Below, piece by piece: positions 23,593 to 32,862 of a DNA stretch of 38,758 nt. The stretch's first letter is position 1, and every line of letters begins with the position of its first letter. Position numbers and translations under genes: made by a program. The stretch spans positions 5,439 through 44,196 of the forward strand of contig QHTY01000153.1 in the NCBI GenBank assembly GCA_003220985.1, read 5' to 3'. The notes under the pieces are model-generated. The model was not told the DNA's origin. It worked only from the letters and a program-made list of their open reading frames with translations, and did no database searches. Source of the stretch: Gemmatimonadota bacterium. GTDB lineage: Bacteria > Gemmatimonadota > Gemmatimonadetes > Gemmatimonadales > GWC2-71-9.

Positions 23593-24512
23593 GACGACTG
23601 GGAGCCGCCGCCCTCGTCGCCGTCGTCGGCCTCGTGCTCTTCCCGGGTGTCGCCCACGCCTGGACGCCGGGCACGCATATCTTCCTCGGCGAATCGGTGC
23701 TCGCCAACCTCTACCAACTGCCCACGATCGTCGCCGACCTGGTGCGCGCATTTCCGTACGATTTTCTCTATGGCAACATCGCGGCGGACACGTCGATGGC
23801 CAAGAAGTACGCGCCGGTGGGCCGGCATTGTCACGCCTGGCATGTCGGCCAGGAGATCTTTGATCTGGCGCCGAGCGATCCGCTGCGTGCCTTCGGCCTC
23901 GGCTATCTCTCGCACCTAGCCGCCGACACCATCGCCCACAACTTTTTCGTGCCGCGCCAGCTGGTGTTGACGTCCAGCACGGTCGCCCTGGGCCACTCAT
24001 ACTGGGAAAGCCGATTCGAGACCCATCTGGGCGACGCGTACGCCCGCGAGGCGCGGGATGTGATCCTGAAGGACCACGCCGCGAGCGACGCCCACCTCGA
24101 CGAAATCCTCTCGCCCACGTTGTTCAGCGTCCGCACCAACCGACGGTTGTTCCGCGGGATGGTCCATCTCACCGAGAGTCAGAGCTGGCAGTGGGTGTTC
24201 CAGGTGATCGCGGGCACGAGCCGCTGGGATTTGGCCGACAGTGATATCGAAAAACACATGGCGGTCGCATTCGAGTACGTGATGGAGACGCTCGGCGCGG
24301 ATGCCGCGGATGCGGCCGCGCGACGGCTGGATCCGGCAGGCGAAAAAGCGCTGGGCCTGGCAAAGCGGATGCGGCGACAGGCGCTGCGCGAAGGCGGTCG
24401 CCACGAGCCCGAGCGCGTGGAGGAGACCGCGCAGCAGCACTTTGGACTGCCGACACCCTCGCTCGACTATTGGAAACAGTCGCGGGCGCAGCGCCCGTGG
24501 CGGGCGAGCTAG
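23589..24512 (+). CDS. secreted zinc-dependent phospholipase C-like protein
   Basis: I chose the start at GTG 23589 (GTGA overlap with the upstream stop), giving the signal peptide MRRLGAAALVAVVGLVLFPGVAHA. The predicted mature N-terminus, WTPGTH, matches the Trp1/His zinc-ligand arrangement of the PLC/P1-nuclease fold. HLAADTIAHNF is also present. Confidence 0.55.
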   Translation: MRRLGAAALVAVVGLVLFPGVAHAWTPGTHIFLGESVLANLYQLPTIVADLVRAFPYDFLYGNIAADTSMAKKYAPVGRHCHAWHVGQEIFDLAPSDPLRAFGLGYLSHLAADTIAHNFFVPRQLVLTSSTVALGHSYWESRFETHLGDAYAREARDVILKDHAASDAHLDEILSPTLFSVRTNRRLFRGMVHLTESQSWQWVFQVIAGTSRWDLADSDIEKHMAVAFEYVMETLGADAADAAARRLDPAGEKALGLAKRMRRQALREGGRHEPERVEETAQQHFGLPTPSLDYWKQSRAQRPWRAS

Positions 24513-25942
24513 GAGGCGGTGAGCTTCTCCTCGAGGACGCGTTGCGCCAGTTTCGGATCCGCCTTTCCCTTGGACGCGCGCATGACCTGCCCGACGAAGA
24601 ACGCCATCAATTTCGTCTCGCCGCTTTTGTAGCGGCCGACTTCCGACGCGTGCGCGCCGAGCACGTCGGTGACCCAGCCCGCGACAACATTGCTGTCCGC
24701 GACTTGAATCAGGCCCAGCGCCTCCGCGATGGTGCGCGGCTCGCCACCCTTCGCCGCCACCTCGCCGAAGACTTTCTTGGCGGCCTGATGACTCAACGTG
24801 CCGCCTTTGACGAGCGCGACGATCTGCGCAAGTGCCCCCGGCGCGACGCGCAGCTGCTCTTGATGATCCTTGGCATCGGCTAAGGCTTCGGTCATCACCC
24901 AATTGGCGGCCGCCTGCGGCTCGGCGCCGGCCCGGACGACGTTCTCGTAGTAATCCGCGACGGCCCGGTTGCTCGTCACCACGGTGGCGTGCTCACGACT
25001 CAGCGCGTACGTGGCCACGAAGCGGTCGCGCTTGGCCGCCGGCAGCTCGGGCAGCGCGCTTTGCTGCTCCGCCACGAACTCGGGCGTCAGAACGAGCGGC
25101 GGCAAGTCGGGCTCCGGGAAATAGCGGTAGTCGTGACTTTCCTCTTTCGACCGCTGCGGTCGGACCGCGTTTTCCTTGGAGTCGTACAGCATCGTCTGCT
25201 GCGTGACCGCCCCGCCCGATTCGATCAGCGCGATCTGCCGGTCGCGCTCGACGGTCAACGCCTTCTCGACGAAGGCGAACGAATTGATGTTCTTCACCTC
25301 CGTGCGCGTGTTGAGCGCGGTCTCGCCGGCGCGCCGCACCGAGACGTTGGCATCGACCCGCAGGCTTCCCTTCTCCATGTCGCAATCGGAGATGCCGATG
25401 TACTCGAGCAGCTGTTTCAGCGTCTGGAGATACGCGCGCGCTTCAGCCGGCGAACGGAGGTCGGGCCCGCCGACGATTTCGATGAGCGGCACGCCGGAGC
25501 GATTGAGGTCGACCGCCGTCGCTTTGGGGAAACGGTCGTGGATGGACTTGCCCGCATCCTCCTCGAGATGCAGACGCACTACGCCCGCAGTGACGATGCC
25601 GCGCTCGGGAGCGAGGAACGACAACGTGCCGTTCGTCGCGAGCGGCTGATCGAACTGCGAGATCTGATAGCCTTTGGGAAGATCGGGATAGAAATAGTTC
25701 TTGCGGGCGAAGACGCTCTTGGGATGCACCGTACAGCCCAGGGCGAGTGCCGCGCGGACCGCGAGACCGATCGCCGCCCCGTTGGGCATGGGCAGCGCGC
25801 CCGGCAGGCCGAGGCAAACGGGACAGACCTGGGTGTTGGGCGGGGCGCCGAACGCCGTCGCGCACCCGCAGAACATCTTCGACTTGGTGCGCAGCTGCAC
25901 GTGCGTCTCCAGCCCGATGATCGTTTCCCAGGAGGAGCTCAT
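24509..25942 (-). CDS. gatB: Asp/Glu-tRNA amidotransferase subunit B
   Basis: 477-aa ORF. N-terminus: WETIIGLETHVQL.T.SKMFCGC. The C-terminal YqeY-like domain is present. Confidence 0.95.
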   Translation of the reverse strand: MSSSWETIIGLETHVQLRTKSKMFCGCATAFGAPPNTQVCPVCLGLPGALPMPNGAAIGLAVRAALALGCTVHPKSVFARKNYFYPDLPKGYQISQFDQPLATNGTLSFLAPERGIVTAGVVRLHLEEDAGKSIHDRFPKATAVDLNRSGVPLIEIVGGPDLRSPAEARAYLQTLKQLLEYIGISDCDMEKGSLRVDANVSVRRAGETALNTRTEVKNINSFAFVEKALTVERDRQIALIESGGAVTQQTMLYDSKENAVRPQRSKEESHDYRYFPEPDLPPLVLTPEFVAEQQSALPELPAAKRDRFVATYALSREHATVVTSNRAVADYYENVVRAGAEPQAAANWVMTEALADAKDHQEQLRVAPGALAQIVALVKGGTLSHQAAKKVFGEVAAKGGEPRTIAEALGLIQVADSNVVAGWVTDVLGAHASEVGRYKSGETKLMAFFVGQVMRASKGKADPKLAQRVLEEKLTAS

Positions 25943-27309
25943 CAGGCCTCGTCGGTCGCCGGAACGACGCGCTCGAGCGCGTACGCGGCTTCGATCATCT
26001 CATCCTCGAGGAACGCCTGGCCAACCAATTGACCGCCGAGCGGCAGGCCCTTGATCCGCCCGATCGGCAGCGACATCGCCGGCAGGCCGGCCAGGTTCGC
26101 CGTCACGGTGAAGATGTCGGACATGTACATCGCGATCGGATCCGACAGCTTCTCTCCCGCCTTGAAGGCGGGACTGGGCACCGTCGGCGTGAACAGCAAG
26201 TCCACGCCGCGGTCGAACGCGTTCCGAAAGTCCTGCGCGATGAGCGCGCGCATCTGCTGGGCGCGTTTGTAGTAGGCGTCGTAGTAACCCGCGGAGAGAA
26301 CGTAGGTGCCGACCAGGATCCGGCGGCGCACCTCGGGCCCGAATCCTTGACCGCGCGTCGAACGGTAGAGACCTCGCAGGTCGACCCTCCCGTCGAACCG
26401 CGGTCCGTACCGGACGCAATCATAGCGCGCCAGGTTGGACGAGGCCTCAGCCGGGGCGATCACGTAGTACGTCGGAACCGCATACGGCGTATGCGGGAGG
26501 GACACTTCTCGCACCGCCGCCCCCAGCTCTTTCATTAATCTCACCGCGCGATCGCAGGCACGCCGGACCGCCGGATCGAGCTCGGGCGGGAAGTACTCCT
26601 TCGGAAGCCCGATCACGAAGCCCTGCAGCGACTCCGGCACCGTCGGCAACCGCAGCGGATCCCGATCCTCGCAGGTGGAATCGCGCGGATCGCGTCCACT
26701 GATCACCGACAGCACGCGCGCCGCGTCGTGCACGCTGCGGCCGAACACGCCGATCTGATCGAGCGACGAACCGAACGCGACGAGGCCATATCGGCTGACG
26801 CGGCCGTACGTGGGTTTGATCCCGACGACGCCACAGAAGGCGGCCGGCTGACGCACCGAGCCGCCGGTTTCGGAGCCGAGGGCCGCGGGCACCGCGCCGG
26901 CCGCGACCAGCGCCGCCGAGCCGCCGGACGAGCCGCCCGGCACGCGCGCTTTATCGAGCGGATGGAGTACGCGTCCGTACGCCGAATGCTCGGTCGACGA
27001 CCCCATCGCGAATTCGTCGCAGTTCGTCTTTCCCGCGATCAGCGCTCCCGCCGTTTTCAGTTTCGCCACGGCCGTGGCTTCGTACGGCGAGCGATAGCCC
27101 TCCAGAATCCGCGACCCGCAGGTCGTCGTGAACTCGAGGGTGCAAATGTTGTCTTTCACCGCGACCGGCATGCCGTACAACACGCCGGTCGGGCGGGCGG
27201 CGGCCTCCTGTATGGCCAGCGACTTGCGGAGATCCTTGGGAGGTGTCAGCAGCGCGTTGAGGCGCTTTGCTTTCACCAGGCGGTCGGCGACCGCTTTGGC
27301 GTCACTCAC
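25942..27309 (-). CDS. gatA: Asp/Glu-tRNA amidotransferase subunit A
   Basis: 455-aa ORF with the amidase signature: GGSSGGSAA, the VKDNI context and the GSDTGGS-like motif GSETGGSVRQPA. Confidence 0.95.
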   Translation of the reverse strand: MSDAKAVADRLVKAKRLNALLTPPKDLRKSLAIQEAAARPTGVLYGMPVAVKDNICTLEFTTTCGSRILEGYRSPYEATAVAKLKTAGALIAGKTNCDEFAMGSSTEHSAYGRVLHPLDKARVPGGSSGGSAALVAAGAVPAALGSETGGSVRQPAAFCGVVGIKPTYGRVSRYGLVAFGSSLDQIGVFGRSVHDAARVLSVISGRDPRDSTCEDRDPLRLPTVPESLQGFVIGLPKEYFPPELDPAVRRACDRAVRLMKELGAAVREVSLPHTPYAVPTYYVIAPAEASSNLARYDCVRYGPRFDGRVDLRGLYRSTRGQGFGPEVRRRILVGTYVLSAGYYDAYYKRAQQMRALIAQDFRNAFDRGVDLLFTPTVPSPAFKAGEKLSDPIAMYMSDIFTVTANLAGLPAMSLPIGRIKGLPLGGQLVGQAFLEDEMIEAAYALERVVPATDEA

Positions 27310-27599
27310 TCGAACTGGCCGAGCTTCGGCACGACGAAGAAGCCCTCCTTGAAGTCCGGCGCGAACTCCGCGGGACCAAATGCCAGATGCGCTGGGGTGA
27401 CTTCATCGGCGCGGAATCGAATCGCGTCGGGACCCGGTACGAAGACCTTCACCGTTCCGTTCGCCGGCACTGCGCTCAGCTGTGCGACGTAATCGATGAT
27501 GCGCGACATGTTATCGACCAGCTCCGGCAGCGCCTCCTTTTCCACATCCAGCTCGGCGAGCTGCGCGATCCGAAGCACTTCCTCCCGCGAAACACTCAT
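27306..27599 (-). CDS. gatC: Asp/Glu-tRNA amidotransferase subunit C
   Basis: I set the start at ATG 27599 (MSVSREEVLRIAQLAELDV...), giving 97 aa. There are ATGA overlaps with the pcrA stop and the gatA start. The longer track ORF is an Arg-rich extension inside pcrA. Confidence 0.85.
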   Translation of the reverse strand: MSVSREEVLRIAQLAELDVEKEALPELVDNMSRIIDYVAQLSAVPANGTVKVFVPGPDAIRFRADEVTPAHLAFGPAEFAPDFKEGFFVVPKLGQFE

Positions 27600-29857
27600 G
27601 CCCCTTCTCCTTGCCAATCGCGCTCGAGCGCCGCATAGGCGGCGAGCAGTTGCTTGGTGCCGATGTCCGGATCGTCGAAGTCCACGCTCACACGGAGATC
27701 GCGCCCTTCGCCCGAAACGGCGCGTACGGTCCCACCGCCGAACTTGCGGTGACGCACGCGTTCTCCTTTGACGTAACGCGGCGCGTCCTGCGAAACGTCT
27801 TCCGGAAACGCGAGCTCCGGCAACAGACGGCGCGACGCGGCGCCGCGCGGCCGCGAGGCCCGAGGCGGCATTGCCCCCGACGAACCGCGCAGTGGCCGCC
27901 ACGACGGCGTGGTGCTCCGTTCCTCAACGACGTGCGGCGGCAGCGCGTCCAAAAATCGCGAGGGCTCCGCGAGCTCCAGCCGACCATTGCGGTAGCGCGT
28001 GCGCGCCCATGAGAGATACAACCTTTCGCGCGCGCGCGTGAGACCCACGTAACACAGTCGTCGCTCTTCTTCGACGCCGCCCGGCTGCTCGGTCGAGCGA
28101 CCGAGTGGAAATAATCCATCCTCGAGACCCGCCAGGGCGACGATCGGCCACTCGAGTCCCTTCGCCATGTGTGCCGTGAGCAGCGTAACGCCCGGTTCGC
28201 CCTTGTCCTCGTCCGCCGGCGTCACGAGCGCGGCCTGTGTGAGATAGCGCGCGACCGCGCTGCCCCCGCCGCTGCCTTCGGCCGCGTCGGCGTCCTGCAC
28301 CTCCGCCCAGGCCGCGGCGCCCGCCACGAGCTCCCGCACGTTCTCGATGCGTTCCATCCCCTCCGCGCCCTCCTCGGCCAGATATTGCTCGTAGCCGGTC
28401 GTGGCAAGGATCGTCTCGAGCGCCGTGGCGGGATCGGCCTGCCCCACCGACTCACGCAGGCGGTCAAGCAGCGATGCCACGCCGGCGAGCGCCTCGCGCA
28501 CGTTGGGGCGAAGGTCGGTCACGTTCCCCGCGCCGCGTGCGGCCTCGATCAAGGGCTTCTGCCAGCCGGTGGCCGCCTTGCCAAGTACGGCGAGTGACGC
28601 CTCGCCGATGCCCCGTCGCGGTACGTTCACGATCCTGAAGAACGCTTCGTCGTCGGCCGGATTGGCGATCAGCCGCAGATAGGCCAGGAGATCCTTCACC
28701 TCACGCCGCTCGTAGAAGCTGATCGCCCCGATCAACCGATAGGGGATACCGCGGAAGCGGAACGCTTCCTCCAGCGGGCGGGACTGCGCATTCGTCCGGT
28801 ACAGGATCGCCATTCCATCGTAGGCGAAATCGTCCTCGGCGGCGCGGCGGGCGAATTCGTTGGCCAGCCATTCGGCTTCGTCGCGCTCGTCCGCCGTGCT
28901 CAACAGGATCACCGGAGCCCCGCCCTGCTTCTCCGTGAAGAGCGTCTTGCCGAGGCGGGCCGTGTTCTCCGCGATGATGCCGTTTGCCGCATCAAGGATG
29001 ATTTGCGTGGAGCGATAGTTCTGCTCCAGCCGCACGAGCTTCGTGCCGGGGAAATCATTCTGAAACGAGAGCATGTGCCGCACGTCCGCCCCGCGCCAGC
29101 CGTAGATGGCCTGATCGTCGTCTCCGACGACGCACAGGTTCCCGTGTCGCTGCGCCAGCTGCTTCACCAACAGATACTGGGCGGCATTGGTGTCCTGGAA
29201 CTCATCCACGAGCACGTGCTGGAAGCGGTCCTGCCAATAGGCGAGCCGCTCCGGATGTTCGCGGAACAGCGCCAGCGGGTGAAGCAGGAGGTCATCGAAA
29301 TCCATGGCGTTGGCCTGCTTGAGCGCAGGGCCGAGCGCGGCGAAGATCTCTCCGGCCACCTTGATGAGCGGCGTGTCCGCCTGTGCGCCCAGCTCTTCGG
29401 GCGTGAGCATGTGGTTCTTCGCGCCCGAGATCACGGCGTGCACCGTACGCGGCGGGTAGACCTTGGTGGACAGCTGCCGCGCTTCGAGCAGCCGCTTGAC
29501 CAGCGCCTCGGAGTCATCCGCGTCGTAAATCGTGAAGTTCGGCCCGAAGCCCAGCAGCGGCGCCTCACGGCGCAGCAGCCGGGCCGACAGCGAGTGGAAG
29601 GTGCCGATCCAGAGCCCGCGCGGGTCCGACCCGAGGAGCTGGGCGATGCGCGTGCGCATCTCGCCCGCCGCTTTGTTCGTGAACGTGACAGCGAAGATCC
29701 GCTGCGGCGCAATTCCTTGCTTCGTAATGAGGTGGGCGATTCGGGCCGTCAGGACGCGAGTCTTCCCCGAGCCCGCCCCCGCGAGGACGAGAAGCGCACC
29801 ACCGGGATGCTCGACGGCCTCCCGTTGCGCGGGATTCAGGGGTAATGGCTGCGTCAC
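27596..29857 (-). CDS. pcrA: ATP-dependent DNA helicase, UvrD/PcrA family
   Basis: 753-aa ORF with a GTG start. Superfamily-1 motifs: AGAGSGKT, FTNKAA, VDEFQDTN, NYRS and the VGLTRA-type motif YVGLTRAR. Confidence 0.9.
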   Translation of the reverse strand: MTQPLPLNPAQREAVEHPGGALLVLAGAGSGKTRVLTARIAHLITKQGIAPQRIFAVTFTNKAAGEMRTRIAQLLGSDPRGLWIGTFHSLSARLLRREAPLLGFGPNFTIYDADDSEALVKRLLEARQLSTKVYPPRTVHAVISGAKNHMLTPEELGAQADTPLIKVAGEIFAALGPALKQANAMDFDDLLLHPLALFREHPERLAYWQDRFQHVLVDEFQDTNAAQYLLVKQLAQRHGNLCVVGDDDQAIYGWRGADVRHMLSFQNDFPGTKLVRLEQNYRSTQIILDAANGIIAENTARLGKTLFTEKQGGAPVILLSTADERDEAEWLANEFARRAAEDDFAYDGMAILYRTNAQSRPLEEAFRFRGIPYRLIGAISFYERREVKDLLAYLRLIANPADDEAFFRIVNVPRRGIGEASLAVLGKAATGWQKPLIEAARGAGNVTDLRPNVREALAGVASLLDRLRESVGQADPATALETILATTGYEQYLAEEGAEGMERIENVRELVAGAAAWAEVQDADAAEGSGGGSAVARYLTQAALVTPADEDKGEPGVTLLTAHMAKGLEWPIVALAGLEDGLFPLGRSTEQPGGVEEERRLCYVGLTRARERLYLSWARTRYRNGRLELAEPSRFLDALPPHVVEERSTTPSWRPLRGSSGAMPPRASRPRGAASRRLLPELAFPEDVSQDAPRYVKGERVRHRKFGGGTVRAVSGEGRDLRVSVDFDDPDIGTKQLLAAYAALERDWQGEGA

Positions 29858-29860
29858 TTT

Positions 29861-29934
29861 CCCACCCTAAAGGGTGGGCTCGGCACAGCATTGTCCTTAA
29901 GGACAACGATTTGCCGAGCGCAGGCTTTAGCCTG
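29861..29934 (-). promoter_or_regulatory. cluster of perfect hairpins/palindromes between the histidine-kinase stop and the pcrA start
   Basis: - CCCACCC-TAAA-GGGTGGG (29861-29878).
- An 8-bp outer stem, GCTCGGCA/TGCCGAGC (29878-29885 / 29912-29919), enclosing the 16-nt perfect palindrome TTGTCCTTAAGGACAA (29891-29906).
- CAGGC-TTTA-GCCTG (29921-29934). Confidence 0.6.
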
Positions 29935-29939
29935 TGAAA

Positions 29940-31124
29940 TCACGAAAGCGGAAACTCCAACACGAAGACGGAACCTTTCCCATCCGGGCCGGGCGAGAAC
30001 GCGACCTGGCCGCCATGCTGCTGTTCGACGATGCGACGGGCCAGCGCGAGCCCGATACCCCAGCCGCCCGCCTTGTTGGACGCGCCCGGCTCGAAGAGCT
30101 GATCCTGCATCTCGGGCCCGACTCCGGGCCCATCATCGCGCACGCTGACCCGACCAACGGAATCGCAGCTTTCCACCTCGACCTCGATCCGACCGCCGCG
30201 GCCGCTCAGCGCGTCGATCGCATTCTTCACGATGACCTCGAGCGCCCATTCGATGAGCACCGGATCCCCGGTCGCCATCGGCCCCGCCCCGGGCGAGTTG
30301 AGCGAGATCGTCACCGCATGCGCGAGCGTCGGCAGGCGCGGGCGGAAGTACGCCACCACCCGTTCCGCGACCAGGCCCAGACCCACGGGCTCGCGCCGCG
30401 CCGGCCGGCCGATCCGCTCGAACCGCTTGGCCACGCGTTCGAGCCGCTGCGCGTCCGCTTCAAGATGCGGGACGAGCTCGCTGCCGGGTGTATCCGGATT
30501 CTCCCGGAGGTAATCAATCCAACCCGTGAGGCTCATGAGCGGCGTGCCCAGCTGATGCGCCGACTCCCGTGCCATCGCGACCCAGAGCCGGTCGCGGGCC
30601 GCGGTGACGCGCTCGCGCATCGCCCACGCCGCCAGGATCACCAGGCACAAGAACATCGCGCCCTGCAGGACGGCGAGTCCCGTGAATGCCCTGGCCGCCG
30701 GCAGGGCGCCGTAGTGGATCGTCCCGACGCCCGGCTGGATCAAGGGCGGCTGGATCCGGTCGAGCTCGGCGATCCAGTCCCGCCGCGTCGCCGCGCTCGC
30801 GTTTGCGCCGAATGGCGCATTGTCGAGGGCCGTGATCCTCCCCGCCGTGTCGGTCACGGCAATGGGGATGCCGAGCCGCCGGACTTCGTCGGCGAGGGCG
30901 AGCAGCGCGTCCGCGGCGGCGCCCTCGCGCGGATCGTTCAGCCCGGCAAAGACGTGCCCCAGCAGCCGGCTGGTCTCGCGCGCGTCGCTGCGGAGGTGAC
31001 GAGCTACAATCCAGGCGTAACCGACCGACAGGACGCCGAACAGCAGCGCGGCGGCGAGGAGCGCGGGCGGCCCCGCGCGACGCAGCGCGCCACTGGCCTT
31101 AGGCAAGTCGGTCAGTGCCGACAT
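29940..31124 (-). CDS. membrane sensor histidine kinase (HisKA + HATPase_c), no adjacent partner
   Basis: 394-aa ORF with two TM segments flanking a roughly 120-aa periplasmic loop. H-box: ESAHQLGTPLMSL. N-box: VIVKNAIDA. G-boxes: DDGPGV and GGWGIGLALA. Confidence 0.85.
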   Translation of the reverse strand: MSALTDLPKASGALRRAGPPALLAAALLFGVLSVGYAWIVARHLRSDARETSRLLGHVFAGLNDPREGAAADALLALADEVRRLGIPIAVTDTAGRITALDNAPFGANASAATRRDWIAELDRIQPPLIQPGVGTIHYGALPAARAFTGLAVLQGAMFLCLVILAAWAMRERVTAARDRLWVAMARESAHQLGTPLMSLTGWIDYLRENPDTPGSELVPHLEADAQRLERVAKRFERIGRPARREPVGLGLVAERVVAYFRPRLPTLAHAVTISLNSPGAGPMATGDPVLIEWALEVIVKNAIDALSGRGGRIEVEVESCDSVGRVSVRDDGPGVGPEMQDQLFEPGASNKAGGWGIGLALARRIVEQQHGGQVAFSPGPDGKGSVFVLEFPLS

Positions 31125-32355
31125 AAGGCACTAACGCCGGAGGGATAAGGACCGAGCCGTCGGGCTGCTGGTGCGTCTCGAGCAATGCGGCGATGGTCCG
31201 TGGCAGCGCCAGGCCCGACGCGTTCAGGGTGTGGACGAACTCCGGCTTCTCGCCGGGGCGTGGGCGACAGCGGATGTTGGCGCGGCGCGCTTGAAAATCG
31301 GTGAACGTGCTCGAGCTCGACACTTCGAGCCATTGGCCGACGCCGGGCGCCCACGCCTCGAGATCGTACGTCTTGGCCGCCGCGAACCCGAAGTCGTTGG
31401 CCGGCAACACGGCCACGCGATAGGGGAGCTCCAGACGCCGCAGCACCGCTTCGGCATGCTCGGTGAGCTTTTCGTGCTCCGCCGGCGAATCGCTCGCGCG
31501 ACAGAAGCGCACCAGCTCCACTTTGTCGAATTGATGGACGCGCAGGAGCCCGCGCGTGTCTTTCCCCGCGGCGCCCGCTTCGCGCCGGAAGCACGGCGTG
31601 TAGGCGACATAGCCCAGCGGCAACGTCGTGCCGTCGAGGATCTCGTCGCGGTGCAGATTCGTCACGGGAACTTCCGCGGTCGGCACGAGAAACAGATCGT
31701 CGGTCGTGCGGTAGACGTCGTCTTCGAACTTCGGCAGCTGCCCCGTCCCGATCATGATTTCACGTCGCACCAGAAACGGCGGCTCCACCTCCATGTAGCC
31801 GTGCTCGCGCGTGTGCAGATCGAGCATGAAGTTGATGAGCGCGCGCGCCAGGCGGGCTCCCATTCCCTTCAGCACCGGAAATCCCGAGCCCGCGAGCTTC
31901 GCACCGCTCGGCAAGTCGAGCATGCGAAGCTGCTCCCCGATCTCCCAGTGCGGCTTGCCGCCTTTCGGCGCAGGCGTGCCCCAGCTGCGCAGCGTCGTCT
32001 GTTCGTCCGGGACCTCCGGCAGCGGCGAATTCGGCACGAACAACGCTTTCGCTTCGAGCGTCGTCTCGATCTGCCGCAGCTCGGACTCGAGGTTCGTGAT
32101 GCGGTCGCCGAGTTTCTTGCGTTCGGCGACGATCGACGCCGGCAAGCCGCCTTGCGACTTGGCGGCGATGGCATCGGACTTCGCCGCGTCATTGCGTTCA
32201 GCCTTGAACGTATCGAGCTGCGCGGTCAGCGTGCGCCGCTTCATATCGAGCGCCTCGATCTCGTCGAGCAGGCGCGTCAAGGACGCGTCACCACGGCGGG
32301 CGAGCGCCGCTCGCACCTGACCTGGCGAGGCGCGGAGCAACTTCAGGTCGATCAC
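31099..32355 (-). CDS. serS: serine--tRNA ligase
   Basis: 418-aa ORF with the N-terminal coiled coil (MIDLKLLR...) and class II motifs (FRREAG, GSGLA-like). The 3-prime end overlaps the kinase start by 26 nt. Confidence 0.95.
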   Translation of the reverse strand: MIDLKLLRASPGQVRAALARRGDASLTRLLDEIEALDMKRRTLTAQLDTFKAERNDAAKSDAIAAKSQGGLPASIVAERKKLGDRITNLESELRQIETTLEAKALFVPNSPLPEVPDEQTTLRSWGTPAPKGGKPHWEIGEQLRMLDLPSGAKLAGSGFPVLKGMGARLARALINFMLDLHTREHGYMEVEPPFLVRREIMIGTGQLPKFEDDVYRTTDDLFLVPTAEVPVTNLHRDEILDGTTLPLGYVAYTPCFRREAGAAGKDTRGLLRVHQFDKVELVRFCRASDSPAEHEKLTEHAEAVLRRLELPYRVAVLPANDFGFAAAKTYDLEAWAPGVGQWLEVSSSSTFTDFQARRANIRCRPRPGEKPEFVHTLNASGLALPRTIAALLETHQQPDGSVLIPPALVPYVGTDRLA

Positions 32356-32358
32356 GGG

Positions 32359-32862
32359 TTAATGCTTCGGCAGGCCTGCTTCGAGCCCGCGATAGCCGCA
32401 ATTGATATCAGTGAGAATTTTGAAGTCGACGCGCCGCCCATTGGGTGCCGCGGTGGTATCGATGTTCAGCACTTGCAACTTGGCGTAATAAACGGCGGTG
32501 AGGCCGGTGAGCGTCGGGCATGTGAGCGGGCCGGAATGCGCGATCACCACGCTGCTGTCACCGATCACCACGGCGCTGTCGCGCTGATAGTTCGTGGTGG
32601 GCGCGATGTGAATCGAATCGAACGCGAGGCTGCTGAGTTGGACACCGGACTGCTGACCGAGCTTCAGCGCGCCGGTCGGAAGCAGGACCGGACGCCCGGC
32701 GGTGTCGATGTCGAACGCGAAGTCGAACGACAGGACCTGCTCGGTGCGCACCGCACTCCGCGCGCCGATCGAATAACCCGACGGTTGGGTGACCGGCGTA
32801 CCGCTCAAGGCGTAGAGCGAGACCAGACTATCGAGGCCGTCAGCCCGGTGGTGTCGCCGCAC
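32359..32862 (-). CDS. hypothetical beta-rich protein; probable lipoprotein whose signal peptide lies in another frame (32805-32918)
   Basis: 167-aa ORF from GTG 32862 with no recognisable family. Immediately upstream, a different frame encodes MRNLTPLPIAVAAVVAAIAC-GDTTGL. This is a signal peptide plus lipobox, and that frame stops at 32805. See findings. Confidence 0.5.
   Translation of the reverse strand: MRRHHRADGLDSLVSLYALSGTPVTQPSGYSIGARSAVRTEQVLSFDFAFDIDTAGRPVLLPTGALKLGQQSGVQLSSLAFDSIHIAPTTNYQRDSAVVIGDSSVVIAHSGPLTCPTLTGLTAVYYAKLQVLNIDTTAAPNGRRVDFKILTDINCGYRGLEAGLPKH

Noticed and set aside
27600-27902. Upstream extension of the gatC ORF (198 aa), and the similar upstream extension of rbfA (14863-14952).
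   Set aside because: The extensions overlap the preceding genes (pcrA, DUF503) out of frame and are Arg-rich. Internal ATGs give proteins of canonical length, with ATGA or 1-nt junctions.
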